From a virus (Duplodnaviria > Caudoviricetes), in the IMG/VR virus record IMGVR_UViG_3300029288_003134, positions 1 through 64,000 of that record: a DNA stretch of 64,000 bases; one strand, given 5' to 3'. The notes below the pieces were generated by a model. That model saw nothing but the letters and a program-made list of their open reading frames with translations. It made no database searches and was not told the DNA's origin. The translations under genes were made by a program, and so were the position numbers. Below are positions 27,245-35,655 of the stretch, piece by piece. The stretch's first letter is position 1. Each line of letters begins with the position of its first letter.

Positions 27245-27631
27245 ATGGCCGACTTAAAAGCTAATGTGGGTCGTATTCTCGTGGGTATTAAGGAAATTGC
27301 GAACTGCGAGGGTATCGAAGTTGATTATGATTTTAACCCTATTAAGCACTTTGCTGCTGATAGGCAATATCCGATTTTCGTTGCTCATGGAAATTCTGAG
27401 TTGACGATTACGGTGGATTGCGCTGAGTACAAAGCTGATAGCACCTATGCTATCGACACGATTGCTCAGAATGGTACGCCTGTTACAGTGGAGCTCTTGG
27501 CTGGGTATCGTGGTGGTGGGATTCCCGCTGCGACTTACACGAATTGCGTAGTGGTTCAGTATACGGTAACTTCTCGGCAGGGTGATGTTGTGAAGGCCCG
27601 TGTGATTTTGAGCAAGCAGTCAGACACATAA
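27245..27631 (+). CDS. putative tail tube (major tail) protein
   Basis: 128 aa all-beta pattern typical of Hcp/tube folds; strong AAGGAGG RBS; no other tube candidate in the tail block. Confidence 0.6.
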   Translation: MADLKANVGRILVGIKEIANCEGIEVDYDFNPIKHFAADRQYPIFVAHGNSELTITVDCAEYKADSTYAIDTIAQNGTPVTVELLAGYRGGGIPAATYTNCVVVQYTVTSRQGDVVKARVILSKQSDT

Positions 27632-27657
27632 TAGGAAAAGGTGAGGAGGTTGTTACC

Positions 27658-28788
27658 ATGAAACAGGGACAAAAAACCAGAAGTATCCCTCTCTCCTTTA
27701 ATATCCGAAATGTGGATGAGGAGAAGTTGCAGATTACCCATACTGTCAATACGAAAACGCTCGACAGATATGGTACGGTGGTTCTGCCTAAAGGTGCGGA
27801 CGTTACGAAGTTCCAGCAGAATCCGGTTGTTCTTTGGCTGCATAATATGGATGAAACTCTTCCCAAAATTCCTATTGCGCGTTGCGTGCAAATGGATGTT
27901 CAGGAAGATGCGATTGTGGTTACGACTGAGTTCAACCGCAATGACCCCTTGGCCGTGAAAGTATTTCAGGCTTACAAGGATGGTTTTTTGCACGCTTGGT
28001 CGATTGGTTTTATTCCCCAGAGATTTACGGAGATTACTCCTGAGAATCAAGAGGAAGTGAATAAGCAGTATGGTCTGAGTTTGAAGCTTTCTACCGAGGA
28101 CTTTGCTGCGGCTGGTATGTGGGGTTTGTGGGTTATTCATCAGTGGGAATTATTGGAATATTCCGCTGTCCCAGTTCCGGGAAACCCGGATGCCTTGAAT
28201 TATGATGCAGAAGAGGCAGCCTTTACTCGTGAACTCGTGACTCGCGGTTTGGTTGAGGAAGAGGAAGTTCGCAGAATCAATTTCAGAGAGCTTTTGAAGA
28301 AACAAAATCAAAAGGCTGAGACTGAAGCTGCAAGTGGTACGGAACAGCCAGCTGCGGCTGCTCCTATCGAGGCTGCGCCCGCTCCAGAGGCTCCGGCTTT
28401 GGCGGCTCCGGTGGAAACTCCGGCTCCTGCTGAAACCCCGGCTCCTGAGGCTCCAGCGGCCCAACCTACTGAAGCCCCTGCAACTGAGCAGGCTCCTTCA
28501 GGTAGTGAGCAACCCACTGAATCAACGGCAGCGGCTCCTGTTGTTCCTGAGAAGCCCGTCGCGGAGACACAGGAATCTGAAGCTGCAAGAGAAGCGCAGA
28601 CTCAGGTTACTGATCTCACTCAGAAAAACAAGGAGTTGGCTGAAAGATTGGCTCAAATGGAAGCGCAAATGACTGAAATGAAAGCTAATCTGAATGTTGA
28701 TAATATAGAGAGAATTAGGGCAGTGGCTCAGAAGAAGTTGAATAGTGGAAGCCCTGATACGTTCTTTAGTCGTCTGTTAAAAGGTTAA
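27658..28788 (+). CDS. HK97-family prohead protease with Pro/Ala/Glu-rich linker and coiled-coil scaffold
   Basis: DRYG, NPVVLWLH, AWSIGFIP, ELLEYSAVPVPGNPDAL. Confidence 0.92.
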   Translation: MKQGQKTRSIPLSFNIRNVDEEKLQITHTVNTKTLDRYGTVVLPKGADVTKFQQNPVVLWLHNMDETLPKIPIARCVQMDVQEDAIVVTTEFNRNDPLAVKVFQAYKDGFLHAWSIGFIPQRFTEITPENQEEVNKQYGLSLKLSTEDFAAAGMWGLWVIHQWELLEYSAVPVPGNPDALNYDAEEAAFTRELVTRGLVEEEEVRRINFRELLKKQNQKAETEAASGTEQPAAAAPIEAAPAPEAPALAAPVETPAPAETPAPEAPAAQPTEAPATEQAPSGSEQPTESTAAAPVVPEKPVAETQESEAAREAQTQVTDLTQKNKELAERLAQMEAQMTEMKANLNVDNIERIRAVAQKKLNSGSPDTFFSRLLKG

Positions 28789-28833
28789 AATTAAAAGGTT
28801 TAGCCCAAGAGGGCAAACAAGGAGGAAATCATT

Positions 28834-29772
28834 ATGGATTTCTTGATTCCAGCTGGTAGTGCAACCAATCTCCCTAAGGAATTGGTGAACAAGATTGTCG
28901 AAGACGCGATTGAGAAGTCGCTGATTTTGAAGTTGGTTGATGACCGCGATCAGATGATCGAGATTGTCAACGAGGGAACTATCCCGGTTATCGGTGAGGA
29001 AGACCTGGACAAGGTTTACCGCTTGGATAACACTGCGGATATTACCACGCTTACCGAGATGAGTTTTGATATTAAGTCACCTGACCTCGAACCTGTCGAG
29101 ATGGGTACTTACATCTACCTCAAGAAGAAGCAGGTTCAGCAGTACAATGAATTGAAGCTCGATCAGCTTTTCCGTAACAAGATCAGCCGCGCCATTGCCC
29201 GCACTGCGGACAAAATCGCCCTCAAAGGTGACACTGGTGCTGTTGGTGCTACGAACCCGCTGAACATTGCGGACGGTATTGAGAAGTTGGCTTTGACGGC
29301 TAATTGCGCCAATGCTCCCGTTGAGTATTCTACCTCCAATTCCCAGAACGTGTTGGATGCGGTAGCCGAAGCTCAGAACGATCTGGGTGCCTACGGTGCT
29401 GATGAGTCTATTGAAGACCTCGTGATTTTCGGTTCTGCGGCTTTTGTTGGGGCTGCGAAGAAATCTGCCGATAAGAACATGGTCGGGTATGAGATTATGG
29501 ACGTTCCGGCTCTCGGGCTGCGTCAGGTTGTGCATGTCCATGGTATTCCGGTTATTCGTCGGTTGAACATCACTGGTGAAAAAGCGATCTTGGCGAATGT
29601 GAAGGGTCTGTTCGTCGGGTACTATGGTAACATCGAAGTTGACGTGGAGCATAAGGCGGGTCGTCGGGCTGATTTGATGGTCGTAACCTATTGGTATGAC
29701 AATGTTTGGGCCTTTGTCAATGGTTCCAACAAGTCTGAAGGTATGGTCACGATTCAAAAAGCCAGCTCGTAA
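28834..29772 (+). CDS. major capsid protein (HK97 fold)
   Basis: Follows the protease; LPKELVNKIVE, IARTADKIALKGD, VHGIPV; strong terminator after it. Confidence 0.88.
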   Translation: MDFLIPAGSATNLPKELVNKIVEDAIEKSLILKLVDDRDQMIEIVNEGTIPVIGEEDLDKVYRLDNTADITTLTEMSFDIKSPDLEPVEMGTYIYLKKKQVQQYNELKLDQLFRNKISRAIARTADKIALKGDTGAVGATNPLNIADGIEKLALTANCANAPVEYSTSNSQNVLDAVAEAQNDLGAYGADESIEDLVIFGSAAFVGAAKKSADKNMVGYEIMDVPALGLRQVVHVHGIPVIRRLNITGEKAILANVKGLFVGYYGNIEVDVEHKAGRRADLMVVTYWYDNVWAFVNGSNKSEGMVTIQKASS

Positions 29773-29789
29773 TCCGGCTTAGAAGTTTC

Positions 29790-29826
29790 AGGAGGGGTCA
29801 GGTTTTCCTGGCTCCTCCTTTTTTAT
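29790..29826 (+). terminator. intrinsic terminator after the capsid gene
   Basis: AGGAGGGGTCAGG-TTTT-CCTGGCTCCTCCT followed by a T-tract. Confidence 0.85.
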
Positions 29827-29828
29827 TC

Positions 29829-29857
29829 TTGACTCTGTGAATTTTTTGTGGTATACT
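29829..29857 (+). promoter_or_regulatory. sigma70-type promoter for the RNA cluster
   Basis: TTGACT-17-TATACT with TGTGG. Confidence 0.8.
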
Positions 29858-29878
29858 TTTGGCATGCTCTTTGAATTT

Positions 29879-29952
29879 TCAAGCCGAGCTTTCTCCCGTA
29901 ATTACGGGTCTTTGAATACCTGAGGGCTAACCTCAGAAGGAAGGCAGCTTGA
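29879..29952 (+). ncRNA. candidate branched small RNA
   Basis: TCAAGC/GCTTGA closing stem, CCCGT-AATT-ACGGG and CTGAGG-GCTAA-CCTCAG hairpins. Confidence 0.5.
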
Positions 29953-29958
29953 TATTTT

Positions 29959-30032
29959 GGCGGGTTAATGTAGTGGCCGCATGGGATGTTCATACCTTCT
30001 CAGACACGGTTCGATTCCGTGGCCCGCAACCA
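29959..30032 (+). tRNA. tRNA with CAT anticodon (Met/fMet-like, atypical)
   Basis: GGCGGGT/GCCCGCA acceptor with 1:72 mismatch, loop TTCATAC, GGTTCGATTCC, encoded CCA. Confidence 0.85.
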
Positions 30033-30035
30033 TAG

Positions 30036-30166
30036 GCGCATGTACCATGCGTACAAGAGCGCACGGGAGTACCTCAGTAATGGGGTTCGCCTGAGGCAGT
30101 AATCTCGGGGCAGATATAAACGGACGGGATAACTCGGAGTACCTCTGCCCATAACTCCGAGCTCTT
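30036..30166 (+). ncRNA. candidate structured RNA downstream of the tRNA
   Basis: AAGAGC/GCTCTT, CCTCAG/CTGAGG, CTCGGAGT/ACTCCGAG, GGGCAGA/TCTGCCC; duplicated GGAGTACCTC. Confidence 0.5.
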
Positions 30167-30172
30167 TTACTC

Positions 30173-30201
30173 TTGACACCGTAGTAAATGTGTGCTATAC
30201 T
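30173..30201 (+). promoter_or_regulatory. sigma70-type promoter for the glycosyltransferase operon
   Basis: TTGACA CCGTAGTAAATGTGTGC TATACT. Confidence 0.85.
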
Positions 30202-30249
30202 TTTATTGTAAAGTGTAAAACTCCAAATTTTAAATTGTTAGGAGAAACC

Positions 30250-32640
30250 GTGTCTGCAATCCGATTGATCTCAGAAGAAATTTCAATTTATTCTTTCCAA
30301 GCCGCAGATAAACCGCTGCATTGTCAGCAGAATTATATCTTTCAGGCCCCCGCAGGAAAGCTCTCTCTTCTTTGCTTTGCCAGTCATCAGAACCCCGAGG
30401 CAGAAATGCACCCTTTCGTGGCGCAAGCCATCAAAAACGACCTGGGTGTGGTCTATATTTGCGAAAAATTGCCGAAAAACCTCATTATCGACCCGCATGT
30501 GACTTATTTAGAGGCCCCGTATCGGTGGTTTTTGCATACACTTTTTATGAACCCTCTTCGGTTTTCTGGCGTCTTTGCGACTCAAGAATCCCTCCGTTTG
30601 GCGCAGGCTTTCAGTGAGTTCACAGGTTATTCGATTCCGCACATACGAAATGAGCAAATTTTTTCTGCTTTTGCTAAAAAGGCCGAGGCAACCCGTAAAA
30701 ATGTGCTCGTTGAGGTTATCGGTGGAGTCGGAGATCACTTAATGGCAATCCCCGCGATAAAAACTTTAGACGCGAAAGGCTATCATGTTTCGATTTTGTG
30801 CGAGGCTCACAGAAATCCGTGCTTCCAGAATTTACCCTATGTGCGATCTATTTTTGCTCAGCGCAAAGAGGTGGACGTTTCTAATTTTGGTCGAATTATC
30901 ATGTTGCATTTTGGACAACAGCTTAATGATTATCGCTTAGACTTGAATAAAAAAAATCGGATTTATTCTGTTGCTGAATTATGCGGCTTGAAGCCGGAAG
31001 ATTTAGTCATTAAACGGCCTGAAATTATTCTGACGAAAGATGAATTGAATAACGCTCAACGAAAATTCGGCTCTTATTCAAATAAAATATTTTTTGGCAG
31101 TGACAGCGCGAGAGTTGATGCTAAAATACCCGCAGTGCTCGCACAAGAAAAAATCAATATTTTGAAGGGTAAAGGTTTCACAGTTTTTTCTGCATCGGTG
31201 CGAAGAGAACAACATGAAAACTGCATTGATCTAAATAAGAAGCTAGAATTACGTGAACTTTTTGCCATCATTTCTTTAATGGATTGTGTTTTAACCGTTG
31301 ACACCTCTTTTGTTCATATTGCTGCCGCATTCAATAAAAAAACATTTTGTCTATTAAATTATTTCAAACCGGATTGGCGTTGCGGAACATACCCGAATTG
31401 CGTAGTATATACACCCAAGGTTCCATGTTATCCCTGCGTTGCGAAACAGTTCGTAGCATCTTGCGAGTGGCAGTGTCATACCAAGTCTTGTTATGAGTTT
31501 TTTGATTGGGAGCGAATTATTTCGGATATTTATGATTTTAAGCTTACCAAAGAATTAAAGGAACAGGAAAAAATTCGTGTTATACCAACCCCCGTGGCTC
31601 CTATTTTAACAACCGAGACACAGGTTAAAGAAGCCGCTCCGGGCAAACTTATAAACGTCCGAGAATTTTCCGGCCCACGCATTGCGGCTATTTGGATGGG
31701 TGGGGTTGGCGATACTGTTATGCTCGGATATTTGTGTCGGGCAATTTTAGCAAAATACCCGGATGCTCAAATCGACGCCTATGTTCGAGATGTTACACAG
31801 ACAGCGTTGTTTGTTTTTGATTATCCACAAATAAAGGGCTGTGTTTCCAAGTTATCTTGGGGAAAAACGCTCGAAAAGATCAAGGCTGATTATGACTTTG
31901 TGTACGATTTTAGGCCTTACCCGTATGTTTGGAATACTAAAAAACCTGAATTGAATAAACCCTTTAATAAGGAACTATATTCTAATTGGGGGAAAGCTAC
32001 GGGAGAAATATTACGCTCTTGGCAGCAGCAGACTTTTAGATTTTATGCACAGCAGACGGAGTTAAATCTCACCGAGAAGCATTTAAAAATTCCGTTCTTT
32101 CCTAAAGAAGATGCCGCAATTAGATCACGTTTATCTCCCTACGAATTACCTGAAAAATATATCACTATCTCTCCGGGATGCGATCAAAATGTTGGGTTAA
32201 TGAAGCTCTGGTCGAAAGGTAATTGGCAAACATTAGAGAGTATGCTATTACACGAGGGTTATAACATAATTTATTTATCTGATAAGGCTTCCCCCCAAAT
32301 CTTAGAATCTAAAAAAACTGTATGCAAAAATTTAATCGACATGCTGCTTATTTTGCAACAAGCCAGTTTAAACGTGAGTAATGAGGGTGGTTCCATTCAT
32401 CTAGCACATGCGGTGGGCACAAAGAGTGTGGTTCTTTTCGGGCCGACTAATCCAGAATTATACGGTTACGCAGACAACATAAATATTTATAAGCCGCATT
32501 GTCCGACCTGTTGGTGGACTGCGCCTGAGTGGTCAAAGTTCTGTAAGAAGCATTATCGAGCCTGTATCAATCTTGTAGATATTTCTGTTCAGGAAGTTTA
32601 TGATGCAGTTATTTCTGGAGTTTCCAATGTCAAAAATTAA
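30250..32640 (+). CDS. tandem double GT9-family (heptosyltransferase-like) glycosyltransferase
   Basis: GGVGDHLMAIP...VDTSFVHIAAA...CYPC, then GGVGDTVML...NEGGSIHLAHAVGTKSVVLFGPTNP...CPTC; GTG start with AGGAG RBS. Confidence 0.9.
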   Translation: MSAIRLISEEISIYSFQAADKPLHCQQNYIFQAPAGKLSLLCFASHQNPEAEMHPFVAQAIKNDLGVVYICEKLPKNLIIDPHVTYLEAPYRWFLHTLFMNPLRFSGVFATQESLRLAQAFSEFTGYSIPHIRNEQIFSAFAKKAEATRKNVLVEVIGGVGDHLMAIPAIKTLDAKGYHVSILCEAHRNPCFQNLPYVRSIFAQRKEVDVSNFGRIIMLHFGQQLNDYRLDLNKKNRIYSVAELCGLKPEDLVIKRPEIILTKDELNNAQRKFGSYSNKIFFGSDSARVDAKIPAVLAQEKINILKGKGFTVFSASVRREQHENCIDLNKKLELRELFAIISLMDCVLTVDTSFVHIAAAFNKKTFCLLNYFKPDWRCGTYPNCVVYTPKVPCYPCVAKQFVASCEWQCHTKSCYEFFDWERIISDIYDFKLTKELKEQEKIRVIPTPVAPILTTETQVKEAAPGKLINVREFSGPRIAAIWMGGVGDTVMLGYLCRAILAKYPDAQIDAYVRDVTQTALFVFDYPQIKGCVSKLSWGKTLEKIKADYDFVYDFRPYPYVWNTKKPELNKPFNKELYSNWGKATGEILRSWQQQTFRFYAQQTELNLTEKHLKIPFFPKEDAAIRSRLSPYELPEKYITISPGCDQNVGLMKLWSKGNWQTLESMLLHEGYNIIYLSDKASPQILESKKTVCKNLIDMLLILQQASLNVSNEGGSIHLAHAVGTKSVVLFGPTNPELYGYADNINIYKPHCPTCWWTAPEWSKFCKKHYRACINLVDISVQEVYDAVISGVSNVKN

Positions 32641-33112
32641 CCTTGGTTGTGGTGACGTAAAAATGCCTGGCTTTATCAATGCGGATATTCGGCCTGAAGT
32701 TAAGCCTGATATGTGCATAGATATTTCTGAGCTCTCTCAGTTTAAGGATGGAGAATTTACCTACATGTTAGCGCATGATGTTTTGGAACATTTTCCACAC
32801 GCGCAGGTTTGGACTGTCTTGGCGAATTGGATACGCTGTTTAGCTGTGGGCGGTAGGTTGGAGATTCAGGTTCCAAGTATTGATCGAATTTATGCGGATA
32901 GAAAGAACTTAATCGAGCGATATGGTGGAGACTCCTCTGGTAGGTTTTCTAAGTTGATTTTTGGTGGGCAGAGTTATCCAGCTAATTTTCATTTTGTTTG
33001 TTTTACTCCAGAATTTTTCCAGTTAGTCGCAAAGAAATTCGGATTAAAAATTGAATCCTACAGCCCAGTTGGATTATACAATCATAAGGTTATTTTTTTG
33101 AGGTTAAAATGA
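32627..33112 (+). CDS. class I SAM-dependent methyltransferase (Methyltransf_11-like)
   Basis: INLGCG, INAD, HDVLEHF, GGRLEIQVP. Confidence 0.88.
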   Translation: MSKINLGCGDVKMPGFINADIRPEVKPDMCIDISELSQFKDGEFTYMLAHDVLEHFPHAQVWTVLANWIRCLAVGGRLEIQVPSIDRIYADRKNLIERYGGDSSGRFSKLIFGGQSYPANFHFVCFTPEFFQLVAKKFGLKIESYSPVGLYNHKVIFLRLK

Positions 33113-33984
33113 ATTTATATAAGGCAAAATGTCTCTGGCTCACAGATTACACGGTAAAAGAGGTTCCGGCAGGCGGAGCTGAAATTACCGACTCTTGGGT
33201 TTTAAAAGCGGCCCAAGTTTCCGGCCTATCTGTAACAGTGGCCCGGCCTATGGACATGCGGACGGATGTTTTGGATGCAGCGGATTTTGTGATCTTCAGC
33301 AATAATTACGAATTTCCAGCCGCTTGCCGAGAGGCTGTAATACGGCGGAAACCCTATATCGTTTATTCGCATGATTCTGGCCGTTGGAATGACGTTTTTA
33401 TAAAGACTCCCGGAATGTGCGCGGGTGCCTTAGGGTCAATCTTTTTGTCACCTTTGCATCAGCAGTCTTTGGAACGGCATTTATCCGGTGCAAAAAATGT
33501 CGTTTGTGTTCCACCACACATCACGCTGGATTTTTATGATAAAGGCGCGGCCCGAGAAAACAAAGTAATGTTTGTTGGAAATGTCCATAGAGGCAAGGGT
33601 GTTTGTGAAATTATCCAGTGGGCCCGAAAAAACCCGCAGATTCACATTGATTTTTATTACCAGCGCGGTCAGACTGATCTTTTGGAGACATTAAAGCGTT
33701 TAAATAATTGTCATTTAATAGGTTACGTGCCAAAAGAGGAGATTTTCGAGCGGTACAATCGGTATCGGTATTTTATCCATATCCCCGAGCATTACGAGTC
33801 TTTCGGGCGTGCCGTGGGCGAGGCCTACCTAAGCGGCTGCCAGTTGATTGTTAATGATCGGGTAGGGGCCTGCTCCTATGGGTGGAATTATTCAAAATTT
33901 AGGGAAATGACTGCAAATGCTCATTTTATGTTCTGGAATCGTGTGGAAATGATGCTAAAAAGCGCAGAATCGGTACAGGCTTAA
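33109..33984 (+). CDS. GT4-family glycosyltransferase
   Basis: GGAE, FVGNVHRGKG, ESFGRAVGEA (E-x7-E). Confidence 0.88.
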   Translation: MNLYKAKCLWLTDYTVKEVPAGGAEITDSWVLKAAQVSGLSVTVARPMDMRTDVLDAADFVIFSNNYEFPAACREAVIRRKPYIVYSHDSGRWNDVFIKTPGMCAGALGSIFLSPLHQQSLERHLSGAKNVVCVPPHITLDFYDKGAARENKVMFVGNVHRGKGVCEIIQWARKNPQIHIDFYYQRGQTDLLETLKRLNNCHLIGYVPKEEIFERYNRYRYFIHIPEHYESFGRAVGEAYLSGCQLIVNDRVGACSYGWNYSKFREMTANAHFMFWNRVEMMLKSAESVQA

Positions 33985-33994
33985 TTGTATTTAA
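33968..33994 (+). promoter_or_regulatory. putative phage late promoter, copy 3
   Basis: AATCGGTACAGGCTTAATTGTATTTAA overlapping the GT4 stop codon. Confidence 0.7.
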
Positions 33995-34015
33995 TAATAG
34001 GAGGGGTCTGTCATA

Positions 34016-34459
34016 ATGAAATCCTATATTTTTGGCAAATTTACTATCGGGGATAAGCTCATTCTGACCTCTTTTCAGAATCTTGTGGGAAGCTGTGAAT
34101 ATTTGGGTGAGCGGGTTGATCTTTCCAAGGTTACGGTTGAGGACGAAAATTTAATCGTCGTGATGAATCCTAGCCTTTTTCAGATCGACCTGGATAAAGT
34201 TTTGGGATACATTCGGAAAGATTGCAGCAAGCCTTTAGTGGTGGTGAAAAAGATTAAGACTTTTGCCACATTCTTTTTTGAGCCGAATTTTAAGCTGGAA
34301 AGAATTACCACGAATAAGGCTTACACGTTTGCCGGAATTCTCTATGTTCCTGGGAATTATTTAAAAAATTTGGATGAAGAGAATCCTACCATGTCGGCCA
34401 TTTTTAGATCGGTTCCTAAAGATGACTGGCGTTATTATTTTATCAGTCACGTGAGGTAA
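34016..34459 (+). CDS. hypothetical protein, weakly like a degenerate sugar-phosphate nucleotidyltransferase
   Basis: IDLDKVL...FAGILYV resembles the NTP_transferase C-terminal half; the GGxGxR motif is absent. Confidence 0.4.
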   Translation: MKSYIFGKFTIGDKLILTSFQNLVGSCEYLGERVDLSKVTVEDENLIVVMNPSLFQIDLDKVLGYIRKDCSKPLVVVKKIKTFATFFFEPNFKLERITTNKAYTFAGILYVPGNYLKNLDEENPTMSAIFRSVPKDDWRYYFISHVR

Positions 34460-34462
34460 GCT

Positions 34463-34708
34463 GTGCCATACGAGAAGGAACATGTCGCGGTGATTCGTAG
34501 AAAGGGTGATTTTAAACTCTTTCGTAGGAAGACAGATGAGTTTGGTTCTGGCATAGACGTTATTTATGGTCAGCTAAAGAGAACAGAGATGTGGGAAATT
34601 CACTCGATTCATTTTAATTCGGATAATTTTACCACCAGGGAAGCGCAGAAGTGGCTGCGCGATCATGGTTTTAAATACATCAAATTTGAACCAGCCACGG
34701 GAGAATAA
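34463..34708 (+). CDS. conserved phage head-region protein
   Basis: MPYEKEH...GIDVIYG...EIHSIHF...EAQKWLRDH...FEPA. Confidence 0.65.
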   Translation: MPYEKEHVAVIRRKGDFKLFRRKTDEFGSGIDVIYGQLKRTEMWEIHSIHFNSDNFTTREAQKWLRDHGFKYIKFEPATGE

Positions 34709-34710
34709 TC

Positions 34711-35298
34711 ATGGCCTTAATCACTAAAGCAAATGTGGCAGTAGCTCTTGGTATTGCAACAACTGATATTCCTGACTCGGTATACACCTGGGCCACGAAG
34801 CAGTTTTTTGTTTTAACGGGCCTTTCTTCAGCCGAGGTAACGAGGATTTATCGGAAACTGCTTCAGACAAGTACGGCTTATTTGAAGTTGCCGTACACGA
34901 ATATAAAAAATATTACCACCATCAAGTTAGATGGAGTTACGCAGTCTTTTACCTTGCATACAGATGTGAAGTTTAATCCCGACACTGGGGTTATTTGGTA
35001 TTCCACAGGTTTTGGTGGCGGTCAGTTGGCCGAGGTCACAGTAACCTTAAATGCCTTTGTAGCAGAGGATATGCACGATTATTTAATCACGCTTTTAGTG
35101 GCAAAGTCTTTGGCGATCTTTACCCCGGATGTTATCAAGCAGGTAAAGATGATTAAAATAGGAAATTATCAGAAGCAATACGGCGGGTCTTCCAGTAATC
35201 TTGAGGATTATCAGGCATCTTTGGAGATTGAAATTGGTAAGGTCGTGGCAATGATTCAAGGTGATGACGGACATTTGGCTTTTGGGATTATCCAGTAA
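34711..35298 (+). CDS. head-tail adaptor/connector
   Basis: Position, MALITKANV start, IKIGNYQKQY motif. Confidence 0.7.
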   Translation: MALITKANVAVALGIATTDIPDSVYTWATKQFFVLTGLSSAEVTRIYRKLLQTSTAYLKLPYTNIKNITTIKLDGVTQSFTLHTDVKFNPDTGVIWYSTGFGGGQLAEVTVTLNAFVAEDMHDYLITLLVAKSLAIFTPDVIKQVKMIKIGNYQKQYGGSSSNLEDYQASLEIEIGKVVAMIQGDDGHLAFGIIQ

Positions 35299-35310
35299 TC
35301 GGAGTATACA

Positions 35311-35655
35311 ATGTCAGACCCAGTATTCGACAGCTTGCTTAATCATACTTGCACCATCAAGCGACGTAGTGTGGCTACTACTACGGTGGATAAGTGGGGG
35401 GCTGGGGTGGAGACTATCACATCCGTAGGTACTGGGGTGGCCTGTAAAGTTCAACAGCGTGCAGAGGCAGTAGAGTTTACCCGTAGGGGTGAAAAGGTAA
35501 TTTCTCGACACATAGCTTTCTTTAAAATAGGTGCGAATATTCAGGAAGATGACATAGTGGTTTTTGATAATATTTCTTATAGAGTTGCGGCGGTTGAAGA
35601 CGCAGCTGGTATGGGGCATCATTTAGAGGTTGCGCTTTTTGTATTAGAGAATTGA
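35311..35655 (+). CDS. head closure (stopper) protein
   Basis: LLNHTCTIKR, DKWG, YRVAAVEDAAGMGHHLEV. Confidence 0.8.
   Translation: MSDPVFDSLLNHTCTIKRRSVATTTVDKWGAGVETITSVGTGVACKVQQRAEAVEFTRRGEKVISRHIAFFKIGANIQEDDIVVFDNISYRVAAVEDAAGMGHHLEVALFVLEN

Noticed and set aside
27483-29757. Antisense and alternative-frame ORFs over the protease and capsid genes (e.g. 27556-28140, 29077-29757)
   Set aside because: Shadows of strongly biased coding sequence, with no motifs or RBS
30033-30166. Theta/HDV-like ribozyme call
   Set aside because: No P3/L3, P1.1 or J4/2 catalytic C arrangement; kept only as an unassigned structured RNA
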